Positions 1-14,200 of a stretch of 64,000 nucleotides of DNA are shown here, piece by piece. The stretch is from positions 24,056,001-24,120,000 of the forward strand of contig CM074515.1 of NCBI GenBank assembly GCA_037379345.1. The letters are read 5' to 3'. How positions within the stretch are numbered: position 1 is the stretch's first letter; every line of letters starts with the position of its first letter. Source of the stretch: Perna viridis. Lineage: Eukaryota. Under the pieces are notes generated by a model. That model had not been told where the DNA came from, did no database searches, and saw nothing but the letters and a program-made list of their open reading frames with translations. Both the position numbers and the translations under genes were made by a program.

Positions 1-3000
1 TTCGCTGCGCATTTAACAGATAGATATCTAGAACAACCATTCTTGCATTTTAAGTTGAAACTAGAAACAATATTAGAAATGAGGAAGTCCGAACTTAAAA
101 ATTCATATAATGATATAACGTCAGTACGTGATAAGATTAAATAAAGTACAGTCACAATATTTCATCCCAGATAAGCTTCGTAGATTAACCGAAAAAAAAA
201 AATGAAACTATCATTCGAGGGGGAATTCGTCATCCTATTGTGCAATTTAAGCTTCAATCGGGAGGACTTTTTAAACGCGGACCTAAGATATGGTTGGCAC
301 AGGGTAAATTTTATCCCACTGAATCGTTTGTTCAACTGTAATGTTTACATCATATGTACGTCAAATAGTGAAAATGATTATTTTAAATTAACAATGGATG
401 ACTCGGAAAAGGATTTTGAGGTTCCCAAATAAGCAACCAAATTGTGCACAAAAAATAAAGTTATCTCCCTTTTTCAATGAAGTTCTTTGCTTTCTATGAT
501 TTTAAATCTCTTTATACCGTTGCAATTAATCAAAAACCAATATTCAACTTTTAGAAAGGATGCACTTGTGATATGAAATGGATGAAAATGTTTTGAAATC
601 AAATTTTGTCATGTGCAGCCCACTGCCAGGTTTTCGCATGGACACACTTATACGCAACTGATTCCTAACATCTTGTTTACCCCCCACCCCCACCCCCAAA
701 AATAATCCATAAATAAACAAATGTTATAGTCATACCGTTGACAATAACTAATAGTATGTACCTTATTACGTTTAACAAGGCAATGCTAGAGGTTGGCTGG
801 CAGCAAGCTATTTTCTGCCAATCTAGCAATAGAGTGTTGAGGAGCGGAACCTCCTGCATTGAAGTACATACACATTAACTTAGACCCACGTCCCTCAAAA
901 ATATTTCCCTATAACACTTTAACGATAACGACAAACAAGAAAAAATCGAAAAAGTGAAAACAAACGCATTGGTTATCAAAATTGAAAGAAATTTTACTTG
1001 ACTTTAGATAAAAAAAAATGTGATGTGACAGCACTCTCTACTGACACAGCATCCACATTACGTTCCTAGACCTTAATCGTGTCATAATAAAGATAAACCT
1101 GTCTACAGCGAAATCAAAATTATGGCAACACGGTAGTTCTCATATATGTATTCGCATTTTACATAGAAAACACTACACAGTGAAATCTAAATCGTGATCG
1201 TTAAGGCATGTTGGACTGTAACAAATAATTTACTTCTATGTAGATTTCAAGCAAATTAATAATTCGCTGTACTTTTTGATTAACCCGGTCCTTGCTATTA
1301 CAGCATATAAAGGTCAGTAGTAAAGAGGACAATACAAAAGTGCATTATTCCAGAGCAGACGTTCTTTGCACGTTTCAAATTTCCTCGTATATTGGAATGC
1401 AAATATATGCACATTAGAAAAATCAACCTGTACTGATTCTTTTCATCAATTTTAAATATTTCAAAAATACGGAAGTAGGGCAAAGTATGAAGATAATTCA
1501 ACACAACAACAAAGAAACAGTATAAAGGATTTAGAATTCCTCATTTTGATCTTTTACAATATTAATTGGGATCTACTATTTATCAGTACTGAAAGTTCCA
1601 TGAACACATGTCCTACATCCTGTTAGTTTCAGAGGAAAATACCAGTCATCCTAATACAATGATTACAAATCAAAAACCCTAAAATTGAATATACCTAAGA
1701 AATGAAAACTACATCACATCTTAAATTATGGAATTCCAAAGGAACCTTACAACTCCAAGGTATGACATAACTACCATGACCAGACAAACAAATATCAGTA
1801 ACAAAATCAATAATAAATCTGTATATATATTTTTATTACAGCTTCAATATACAACCTACCGGTACAATATCATGTGGTGAAATAAATATAAATAAAACCA
1901 ACCAAATTATAATATTCCATAATTGATACAAGAGAAAAAACACATATTTTGACCACATTATACAAAATAAAGGGAGACAAATCTGTAGCACACCCTCCCA
2001 AATAGAGATGCATGGCGAGCAAATTGATTTTTTCCTTTCTAAATATTTTTGTGATGTGAAATACTACTAAAACTAACACTTAAGGTCACAGAAACTGTAA
2101 ACAGCTATAGTCACACGAGTAGAAAGTAAAAAGAATTAAGATAACAAGATACCAAATTTGCTAGAAAAGACTATTCTGGCCATGCTTTAAAAATGCTTTG
2201 TTTGCTGCTAATAGAGTAATTTTTTGATAACATTCATTTTCCAAATTATACTCTTTTAGGTGTCTTTCAGAAAAGCAAGTTCACCCAGTTATCTACCAAC
2301 ATTCAGGTAAACTACACCTAACCATTTAGGATGGTCTCATAAAGCAGGAAAACAAATTACATATAAAGAGCATTTCAATGAAATTCTATCCTTCAAATTT
2401 GATTTGAAACATCGGTGGTAAATGATTAAAATACCAGCAGTGATCACTTAGAACTGTGTAAAAATCTCATTAAATACTTATGAAATAAAAAATTGATAAA
2501 AATATACTTCAAAAGTGATTGTTCGACCAGCTTTTTACAACCAACAATAATTGAGCTTAACTCAAGTGATATGTTAGACACATCTAAAACAACCGACATT
2601 TTAAAAGAGTATATTGTTGTCTAGTAACATTTAAATGTGAAAAATAATATACATTGTACATGTAACATGTTTGCCAATCAATAATCTGGGCAAAGTTAAA
2701 AGATCTTCTCTCACTATGAATAATTTAACTTAATGACTTATTCAGTGTTTTAGGTCTCCCTACCTCAGACGACTTTAATGAAACAGTCCTTAGTACACCA
2801 AGTTTTCTCAACTGCACATACAGATGTACCTGTCATCACCATTACATTGGATTTACCACACAATATGTTTTTTTCTCGCATTGATGGTGAATATTAAATA
2901 ATCTTTGTGTCTAGAAGAGGGTATTTTTTCCCAGGAAAAATAATTATTTTAGTAATAACAACCTCATAAAGATGGTTATGAGAGCGACCTTATCATACAA

Positions 3001-6000
3001 TTTTAGACCCATACCAGTAAACTGAACACTGGGCAGTTGATTTGATTTTTAAGACTTGTGTACATGTATATATTCATTGTAGTTACAAAAATCATTTTTC
3101 TTACAGTAAAGTCATATGTCTTTTGCATATCAAAAACATTTTAAAAAATCAACCTGGTATTTTACCACAATCATATAATTATAAAATATTCTTAATTCTA
3201 ATGAACAAAGAAAAGAACATGTCTTAATTCTTTTACATTAAATTTGGGGAAAAAATGCTTACTCGTTTTGCAGTGTGAGGTTATAGAATAATAAATGTAT
3301 GAAAGGGAAAACCTTTAAATATTTACAGTAAAATCTTAATAAAATCAAGGTCAATTATAAAAAAAATATGGGTTTTCAGACCCCCTCAACCCTTCCTTAA
3401 CATTTACCCTATTTTGTTGCCATATCAATAAATAAAAAACAAGAAATATCACTTCCTTAATCATCTTCTTGGCTATTAACTTTGTAAAAGACATACTCAT
3501 CACTTTCTTTGGCAATGAAATTGTAAAAATAAATGTCTCCCTCCATCATTGGTTCTAAAAAACTAATGTCCAGGGAACCAAGAAAGTTACAGGTACCTGA
3601 ATGGCCCAAAATACAGAATAATAGTTGTTGAATTATTTATGCTGAAAACGACTTGTGTAAGTAAGCAAACATTGAAAACCTAATTAAATTCTATAACTAT
3701 ACATAGAAACTATGTACATTCAAGTTAACAACAATAAAATACGAAAAAAATAAACATTTAAACACTCGCACAATAAAAACCACTTGTTTTTCATATTTGA
3801 AACACTACTGTGTACAAAACATTTCATAAAGCCATCTTATTTTTGGCACGATAAAGAATACAGGTAGAAGAAAGCACTGAAAATAGAACAACATAAAAAC
3901 CTGAGAGATCTCAGCAATAGAATATCTACTGTCCAAAAGTGTAAATAATAACAGAGAAAAATGTACTAAAATATTCCCCCAAAAATGGGGAGAGTTGGTA
4001 CAAAATTGAACAAGTTAAGAAGATTACTTACAAGTTACTTAGTTAACAGAATTTTTTTTTACCTAAACTTTTCATCTACTAATTAAAAAATATAGATGTA
4101 AATTTTGCATCAAAATATTTATGTATCATTTAAAGAATCAAATTTTGTTATAAATATACTATCATTAACCAATCTTACAAAAATACCTTTTCCAGTGTTC
4201 TAGGATTTTTCAAAATTTTTGGGCTTCCACATGCAAACTCTAAAAGATTGACTTTCCACACTTGAAGTTTGCTTCTAAACTTAACAAATCCTTTAAAAAT
4301 TTGAAACTTTCTACTTGCCAAAAGGAAACTGAGGCATAACAATCCACTTTCCTATACCTCATCAACATCTGCTCCAGGTGACACTGGTTTACTGCTGTTA
4401 AAGCTATTGCACAAACAAATCTTGGTCTAAAAATAACTGTCCTATAAAAAAAGACATCTCTAGACCATAAGATCTAAGAGAATTCATTTTTGGCAAACTA
4501 CACTGTATTGCAAAAAAAATAATGCAACCTTGACCAAGAATATCAAATTCATTGCACATGATAATTTGCATCATAAAAGACAGTTCACAAGGTTTGACAC
4601 TAACTGTACTTACTACAAAAGTGGTTCAAAGGACAAGTATAGAAAAAAATGATAGTCCTTAATGTGGGTGGTACTCCTGAGGACCAAATCTTTTAAAGGA
4701 GTTTGGACCATACAAAATCTTGGGAGGAATTTGAGCACTCTAGCAGATATACCATAGAGCTCTTTAGTTTAGATTTTTTTCTAGAATGATGAAGAGGCAG
4801 ATAGATGAAGAATATTTGGAAGGCCAAATTCATTTCAACGGATTTGAGGGATTTGTCCCCTAGACAGACAACAGGCTTGCACTATTTCAAGGCCTTAGAA
4901 AATCTTTCATTGGTTTAACCAAACTTAGCAAAATCTCCTGTAGTCCAAAGAACTATTCCTTACATATTCATGACCCTGATGAATTACAGCAGATGAACTT
5001 GATACTACTGTTTAGATACTACAATGTTCATGGTAATAACCATATATAAACCCTTTCAACTCTCTAAAAAAGTAATACCAATTCTAATAACTTCTTACCC
5101 TGTTACCTACAAACTAACTACTGTATATGCTTTTGTTATTTTGTAAAAAAAAAACTGGAACAGGTGATGCTGGTAAAACACATAAGAACTCTACTCTTGC
5201 CCACTTTTCGTTTTTTTTTTCCAAATTCAAATAATATGACAAGAACGGATATATTGAATTTGTCAAAAGACAACAATCCCAGTGTTCATATGATTAATAC
5301 TTTATCTTGGTAGCTTTGAAACCAAAATGATTGATATGTAGCCGTTTCTACTTTTTTAGAAGTGTATTTTTATTAGCCCTACTTAGTTTAATAGATATTA
5401 CAAATAAGAAAAAAAACTAATTAACTGAAATATACTGTTAATCTGAATTCATCAAAATAGATTTAATAATTTTAATACTGGAATTTTCTTTAGAGATACC
5501 TGGCAAATCTACCATATTAATGTGCAAAAAAATGGAACAATGCTTTCTCTGTATACTAGTAACTATTTTGTTGGAACCCCTGACAATAGGTACACTAGTG
5601 TTTTAAAGCAATTTTCATAGATGCAGCTGACATTCCCAGTACTACAGTGTCCCAAATAACATAAAATTAGGGAGGGGGATGCAATGCCCCTCCTCTTGAT
5701 ATGCCCCTCAGTAGAACATAAAATAATTTCAATAATGGCCTTTGGCTCTTGAACAGTAATATTTAGTAGTTATGTTGAAATGCTATCTTGAACCAAGATA
5801 TAAATGCATACAACAGCATTTGTCACTAGTTTTACCTAAAATGTAGAAATTTTTTCCTTATGGTTTTGGTTGGGTATGCTCATATGCCCTCTTCTCCAAG
5901 ATTCCTTCTCTATCCAAATGTTCTAACTGGATCACTGCTTAACATTATATTACAGTGTGTTAATACCTTTTAAAGAGATTACTCTACTTTTTGTACCATT

Positions 6001-7559
6001 TTATCATGTTTACAATAGTGATTAACATCAAAACTGAAAGCATTCCGTTTAACAAATTTGGATGAATATACAACCTTGATATATAACCGAGATTCTAAAC
6101 AAAACTGAAAAAGTGTTTTAGTCTATCAAAACTAGAAGTTAATAAAAAATATTTCTACACATACAACATCAACAATAAAGTCACCAGAAAGTCTCTCACT
6201 TTAAACCTTTTGCAACTGATTAATTACAAATCTGTAAATTCGGAGAATCTCAGCATTATCTAGAAATTACTGATTAAATTAACATTTAAATAATTTCAAG
6301 ACTGAATATGGTTTGTAAGCCTTGTTCTAGTTTCATTTTCCTCATCTGAATTTCCAATGAAGAAAGTATTCAGATCTGCATTTTATAGTTTACTCCTGGG
6401 ATTTCAAAACACTGCATTACAATGCGAAATCAATTTATTGCTGGTATCATGAAAAAATAGATCTTTGTCATTTTTTTTCAACATTTTTACACAAAAAGAT
6501 GCTTTGCTCTTAATACTGAACTCAAAACTATCTCTATGCATTTGAATGGTAAATTAAAACCCATTTTCTTGAAACCAGAGTCACATGATGAGACTTACGT
6601 ACCCTACAAGGTTAAATGACATTGCTTCTTTAATATTGGTCTCAACAAATTGACCAAAAAATAAAAATAAAAATAATGCTGCCTGACTATTCTCTGTTCT
6701 CAGCAGGTGACAATTAATACAGATGTATGATAATAATATACAAAATACATGTATACATACTGAATAACACTTATGTAAACATACACAAAGATACTGCATG
6801 ATTCTAAAAAAAAAACCTACATGTACATGTAGCCATCGCAGAAACAATATGAATGAGTATGAAGTATAATTAAGAAGAATAAAAAAACTAGCTAAAAAAA
6901 TCAACCTCTTGCAGATGTTTGAAAAAAAGAAAATTGTTCATGAGAATTTGTCAAAATAACATTCAAAATGATAAAAAAACTTCAATCATGTTTTATCCTA
7001 ATTTTAATTTTCGTTGTGAATTTTTTTTTTTAAAAACTGACAATTAGCAATCATCTTTTTTTGCATATCTACACATTTTTCTACACAAGTGGTATGGGGC
7101 CAACCCAAAGTGGAAATTGCCAAAATTGGAAATAAATATATGGAAAAAAAAGGATGGGTAACAGTAAATTCTGGATTTTAAAATGAGGAATTCAACATTA
7201 AAATGGAAGAAAATTGTGTCTGATTTTTACAACAAACAGGTGATATGTGTAAAAAAACTATATGCAAAAGATTGATTCTTGTGTATTAAATGTGATTTTA
7301 ACAATACCACAAGATCTATATTTGACAAGTAAATGACTTCTGAACTGAATATAAACTATATGATATAAATGAAAATGTTGCAGTCTTGTTGTATTAAGGT
7401 AAGTATTTCTGGCCACAAAGTAAAAAAAAAACGCTGAAAATTTATTTTAAGACGAAACACACTACAACAAGGGTAAATTTTGCAACATCCACGTGCTACA
7501 GTGGACATAATTGCAAAAAAATATATTCTATTCCAATCTTTCAAAATATATGTCTTTAA

Positions 7560-7896
7560 GTACTTCTCTGTCTAAGAATCAGGCAAAATGTGTGGCACGC
7601 AAAGAAAAGAAACTCAGAGATTTTATTGCATTTTCGAAGTATTTATACATTATAACATCCAGAAAATGATATCAAAGTGTTCGTAAAGTTTGCCTTTTAA
7701 TTATATTGATTAGTCAAGTTTAGGTGAAATGCCCTATATAACTAGTAAAAAAAAGATCTACATCACAGATGCTTCAGGATAAATTTAAATAGCTTTTGGT
7801 TGCTAACTAGATGCATTGAATATATTTGATGCAAAAAAGACCAAATTGAGAAAAATGATGTGCCACCCATTTCCTGATTTGTACAAGGAATTGTAC
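7560..7896. mobile_element. MITE with ~30-bp terminal inverted repeats, TTAA-flanked (copy 1)
   Basis: ttaa|gtacttctctgtctaagaatcaggcaaaatgtgtggcac ... gtgccacccatttcctgatttgtacaaggaattgtac|ttaa. Interior is the reverse complement of the copy at 27544-27806. Confidence 0.7.
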
Positions 7897-8211
7897 TTAA
7901 AACAGTTTGGAAGAATGTTGCTTGTGTTGTCTTTAAAGTACATCATAAACATATTCCCCATTCCAAATAACTCTGAATTATTTCCTTAAAAGCTATTGAT
8001 AACAAAACTGAGACATCGCAACTTGTATTATGCCAAATATTCAATAGCATAGAATAATGTATTTAAATGGAGATCTAAAAAAGCAGCACCATTTGGAACA
8101 TTTATGAGCTCATAATTTTGAAAATCAAAACTAAGTTAAAAGATATTCTGCACAACTCTTCTTGTCACAGAATTCCTTTAACTGAATTAACAACCATAAC
8201 CCTTAAAATAT

Positions 8212-11200
8212 TTAACAATCATCATAGTTTCTACTGGCATGTCCGACACAGTAGTACAGTACACTAGACAACAAAGCAAATGCTCCAGCACCAACAGCCA
8301 CCCAAAATCCCCATCCATAAATTAGCTGTTCCCCGGTAGAGCTTTCCTTGGTGAGTACTTCAGCATTGTGATCCAGGTAAGACTTTGCACCGAACACACA
8401 AACTGACACGGCAATCAACAGGACTGAAAAAAGCAAACATGAAGTTTATTACATGTACTTAAACTCAGGGATAAAAACTGGCATTAGCCTAGTCCCCCAT
8501 GGCTACTAGAATTTAAGATGGGCTCCCAAACTTTTGGGTAATATTTACATGTAGTTGAACATATAGCAAGTATTCAACAGAAATGTTATCTGGGATACCA
8601 GCTTGAAATTTCAAAGTTTTACCCCTGACTACAAATGTCAAGTATATGACTAAATTGATGATATATTTGAATAACAGCACTACACAAGAACATTGAATTG
8701 AAATTATACACTTTTTCAGGTTACATGTGTGCTCTAAAAAAGTCATTGAACTAATATATATACAAATTTATATCCCTAGGCTATTGTCCCTCAGATATAT
8801 CATATTCATACTATGAAAAGGTTAAAATAAGTCAATTAATCAGTTTAAATAGGCTTCTGATATTACTACTGATATATGGAGATCGATTGATTTATTACGG
8901 TTTTATGTCCTATGGTAAATATTTCATACATTTCTGGATGAGAACGGTTGACCAATCAAACAAACCCTGTTACTCTGAAACACTAAGCTGGCTCTTTCCT
9001 GTGCTAGCTCACAGAGGCAACAGCCCACAGGAAGCCATGTCACCCAAATGAGACACAAAATTCTGACTACAAACCAACTGGTCATCACTCCATCTCCTTA
9101 AAAAATATGTTTGGCAAAGGAGCAGTTACTTCCAATTTTAAAGTCTATGGTGTGACTCGGATGTGGATCAAGCCAACCACCTCTCTCACTCAAGGCAAGA
9201 TTGCTACACTTAGACTAACTAGACAGTTATGAAGGCCAAGATGATTGAGATGTGTACTTCTGGAAACTTAGTTCCAAGGGACATATCTATTACAAAATTC
9301 TAGGGATAAGAATTTCTTGGTAATATGCACTACTACATATTGTGTCCTTGGTACATACCAAGTCAGACGAAATTCTGTTCAGTATTTGATAGGAGTTGGA
9401 ACGACATAAAGAAAATTGATGGAAAAACATATTCCAGGTTAGGGTGAGGGTTGAGTGCTAAAAAACCTGTTTAACCCTGCCACATACTTTATGTGCCTGT
9501 CCCAAGCTAGGAACCTGAGCATAGCCAAGTCTTATGTTCACTTATTTGTTGAATTTTTTTGTACATATTACATGTAGGTCTATTTTCATCTTTTATGAAC
9601 AGTTTCACTTCATTTATTGTGGGGCCTTTAACAGCTTGCTAATGGTAAATTATCAGATATGAATTATGACAATTCCACTTTAAAACAGAAGAAAATCAGA
9701 TCTGATGTACAAAATGTTACTATTGTAAGTCCCAACAGAATATATAGATTAAAGGAGAATAGCACTATTGACCTATAATTCTTTTATCAAACTTAATCTG
9801 TTTTATTTAAGATTTATTTCCTCTATTTTACAGGGAAGACATGTAAGGTAAATATGAAGATTACAACTCAATTTACACTAAATACAATGTACATTGTACA
9901 TGTATATACATGCACTGTACACATACATTTGTAAATTTTTTTTATTAGTAGAAAACATTCATTCAAAACATTGTTTGAAAACACACATACAGTATATACA
10001 TGCAAGAGTAAAAATATGGCTCCATATTATATATATTTTTAATAATATAACCAGATCTGGAGGTTTGATCCCCTTTAAATTAGAAAATTGTGTAAATTTT
10101 GCACAAAAATTTGATTAAAAATGAACAAATAACAGCTTCCTTAATTAATAAAGATCTTTGGATCTGCCTGTATACCAGTATATTACTCACAGGTTAAATT
10201 AGCAAATGCTCCAGCAGCCTGATGAGCATTACACCCCTTACAGACATTGCACAATGACAACAGACCAATCAGGAGAGCCAACATGGTGGAGGCAATGGCA
10301 CAGGACATCAGTCCTTGGACTGCTTTGAACCAATCTGAAATAAATGGTGAGAAAATGGTCATTTAGTACACATTTACATCAGCTACATGTTCATGTATGA
10401 TAATAGCAAAGTTCTGATATCATGTAGCGATACATTATACATGTGTCAATTAAGGCTTTTAAAAATTATGAGTATTATAAAAAAAACCACACAATCAGGG
10501 GTTAAAAAATGATGGAGAGAGTAACTATGACAGAAAATTTAAATCAATCTTGAAATGAAAGTCGATACACATGTAGACTTGAGTATTGGCATTTCTAATT
10601 AAATTATTACCACATAAAAATACTGAAAAATTAAATTGTGAAAAGAGCAAGTAAATGTACATGTATATAATTTGATGTTGGTGATGTATATTTTTACATG
10701 TATTTGAGCAGGGTGATACATTTGTAGAGACATTGTGGCTTGCCCATTTTGACAGCTCATGTCCATTTCCTAGAGGTAACCTCTCTTTGAGTTGTACATG
10801 TACATGTATACATTGAAAATGGAAGAAATTCATAGGTCACTGAACAGTCATTATGCATAGAACTGCTTGTACATGTAGTTCTCTGTGTATTGTTAAGTTT
10901 TATGCTTGGTTGTTTTGTTCTTTACTTTAATATCGACTTTGGTTCTTTTTTCAATTACAATGTTAATTTCAACCTGTGTTATTGAAATTTGTTACCTACA
11001 TTTATTTGAGGTAAGGGAAGGGTTGAGCCCGATCAAACTAGATAGTATACAGCTCAACTACCGTCAACCAAAATACATGTGTATCTCTACAGTGGAATCC
11101 CTCATGTCCTCCACAAAAGTAAAAACTAGGACAAAATTGCTCCATTTCATTACTTTTTAGTATATTTTTCTGTCCATAACTGAGAAATACTACTAAACTG

Positions 11201-14200
11201 CTAGAACCATTAAATATACCTTGGTATAAAGACAGGAGTAGTAAACAACATACAATTTTTGAAGTGGTGCACCACCGTGGAGAATTTATACATGTACATT
11301 TATGTTGACTGTAGTGTACACACATGTACATGTACATGCAAGTACAAAATAATAACAAAAAGCTGTGGATACATGTACATGTACATTGAAATACATGTAT
11401 ATCATTCTGAATATTTCATAATCTGACCTTTAATAATTGATCATTCTATGCATGTTTTATAGAATACATGTACTTATCTCACAAAGTTTAAGATTAAAGA
11501 ATCCCTTGGTACAGTACATTATGTAATGTGCCATATGAATGTCATTGCTTTTTATCTTGGCATTTGCACAAAGACATTTTATGATATATTTTCAATAAAT
11601 CCTTTTTATATTGATACTTTTGTTTGAGTGAACAAGGTTTGCTTATCAGTCGATTTTGGATGTACATGTAGCTTACTGAAAAAAGCAGTACTCTCTCGAG
11701 GCAAATACAGCTATTTGTTAAAGTTTTTGTATTCTGTAACGATCTCAAGAGGTACATGTAAATCCAAATTCAACAGATTATTATAGTTTGTTTTATTCAG
11801 GGTTCTCCCATATGAAAATTTAACAATGATAAAAAAATTTTATGGCACAATTTTTGCTGACAAGGAAGCATTTAAGAATGAAGATATAACCATGACTAGA
11901 AAAAGTAAGGGAAGAATGAAATGACTACATGCTAACAAAACCCATTTTTTGTTTCATTAAGTAAATTCTTCCTATTTTCCTAATTTTTCTATTCCTTTAA
12001 CTAATACCATATACATTTACATGTATTACTCTGGCCTGAAAAATATGTTTCCAGAACCAATATTCAAGAAGCCATTATAATGAAACCAGTATATAAATGT
12101 AGGTGCAAACTAGACATTGCCCCTAAAGGGACTGGACTAATACCCCCGCAGCCAGTTGAACCCTTTAAATTTTAGGACCAATGTGGACATACACTGTATG
12201 ATTCATATTGGACACAATTTTTACGTTCGGATAGATTATGCAGTTTTGGCACACAATTTGCTGCCATTTCTAAAACATTCAACTTCAAACAGCAATCAGC
12301 ACTATTTTTTGCTGATAACACTAACAGAATATGACTTATTCCTGACAATATACTCATCTCCATATGGATATCTAACACTACAATTGAGTTTGACAACAAT
12401 CCCGCAAGTCCTTAAAGTAAGGAAGAGTCGAGAACAATGCATCAGACCAAGTTTTGCCACAAAATGTGTAACTTCCAACAGTCATCATTTCTACATGTAC
12501 ATTTTTTTGTTCCTGATAAAATGCATATCCCAACATGGTAATCTAAGACCCCATTAAGTTTCGTAACAATCCTGCAAATCGTTGAGGAGGAGTTGTGGAC
12601 AATGCATCAGACCAAGTTTTGCTACAAAATGTGTAACTTCCAACAGTCATCATTTCTACATGTACATTTTTTTGTTCCTGATAAAATGCATATCCCAACA
12701 TGGTAATCTAAGACCCCATTAAGTTTCGTAACAATCCTGCAAATCGTTGAGGAGGAGTTGTGGACAAGGCAACCAAGTTTTGCTACAAAATGTGTAACTT
12801 CCAACAGTCCATGAAAACTGATTTGTTCAACGTATCATAGTTTTCCTTTCCTCTTTTGTCAACAATGAGCAACTTGGCAGGTGTTTCTAGAAAAGCAGCG
12901 GATGCTTACCCTACCAGTGCACCTGGTCCATGCTCCCAGTTTTTAGTGGAGTAAGAGTTGCTCATTTACATGTACACTGTCCTTTCGTTACTTTGTACAT
13001 GTATGTAATATTTTGGTAATTTTATGTTCTTTGTTGTGTATGTCTGTTTTCCTTGTCGGTCTTTGCCCCTGGATTACATTGCACATTCTTTTGATTTCCA
13101 CTAGAATCTTGGTTCCCTTGATAACTTTTCCAACAGCCGTCATTTCTAAAATTTTTGTTTAAACATAAATTCCTGACAATATGTACATCTCAATATCATA
13201 ATCTAACACCCCATTAAGTTTCATAACAATCCTGCCAGCCTTTATGGAGGAGTTGTGGACAATGCATGTGACCAAGTTTTGCTGAAAAAATGCCTAAGTT
13301 CAACAGCCATCATTTGTACAATTGTCATCCAAACATAAATTCCTGACAGTATGCACATATCCATGTAGTTATATTACATGTACATGTTCATCCCACAAAG
13401 TTTTATAACAATGTTTCAAGCTGCTAAGAAAATAGTTCGGACAGACAGTTAGTTTGAAAACTATATACATAATGTACATGTATCCCCAAACTTTGTTTGT
13501 AGTGGTGTAAAAACATGTGCATGAATCAAATTAAAGAAGTTTACACAGGGAGGATTATTAATAAGAAGTTCATTCATGACAGAAACCTGATCTACATTCA
13601 TAAACCAGAACTAATATGGATCCAAAGCATGAGCAAACATTAACTGAACAGTCCAATTTTCTTAATCCCGGCAGACCAGCTATTGGAACATTGTACTACT
13701 TGTACATGTACATGTATAATAAGACTTGGGAAATTTTACTTTCTATTTCTTATCTATTTTTCCCACAACAAAACGATAGCATGACAGTGTAAACAAGTCA
13801 GCCATATTATTTTCAATTAAAAGTAAATTAGCAAATATCAGATGGAATACATGTAAACAATTTTAGGAGCACTTATATTTTCCTTTATTAGGTACATCAG
13901 TTTCTTTATGTTGAAAATGGTTTAATAAATGTATTCCATCTTCATTCAACTCAACGTATAAAAATAGCCACATGCATTTGGCCAAGGTTTTAATTGGCTC
14001 ACTATGAATATTTTCATCTGATTGACACATCCTACAGATTCAATTCATGGGGTAACTAATTATCAGCAATTACAGAATCATTTTCAAATTGGCTTCAATC
14101 ATAAATTTGTCATTATTAATTGGTTTACATGTTCTGAGTCAGTATTGGATGGGTTTCTCAAACAAAAAAATAATTAAAGGCTGATAACGGTAAAAGTAAA

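Noticed and set aside
680-697. G-rich tract as a G-quadruplex
   Set aside because: Only three G runs; isolated, with no supporting context.
202-7544. Short ORFs in the six-frame track (also most 60-110 aa ORFs elsewhere)
   Set aside because: Low-complexity F/I/L/Y/K composition typical of AT-rich non-coding DNA; no motifs or consistent splice structure.
11010-11100. agggaagggttgagc...gctcaac as another twister copy
   Set aside because: P1-like pairing is present but the GTCCCAAG loop and P4 are unrecognisable.
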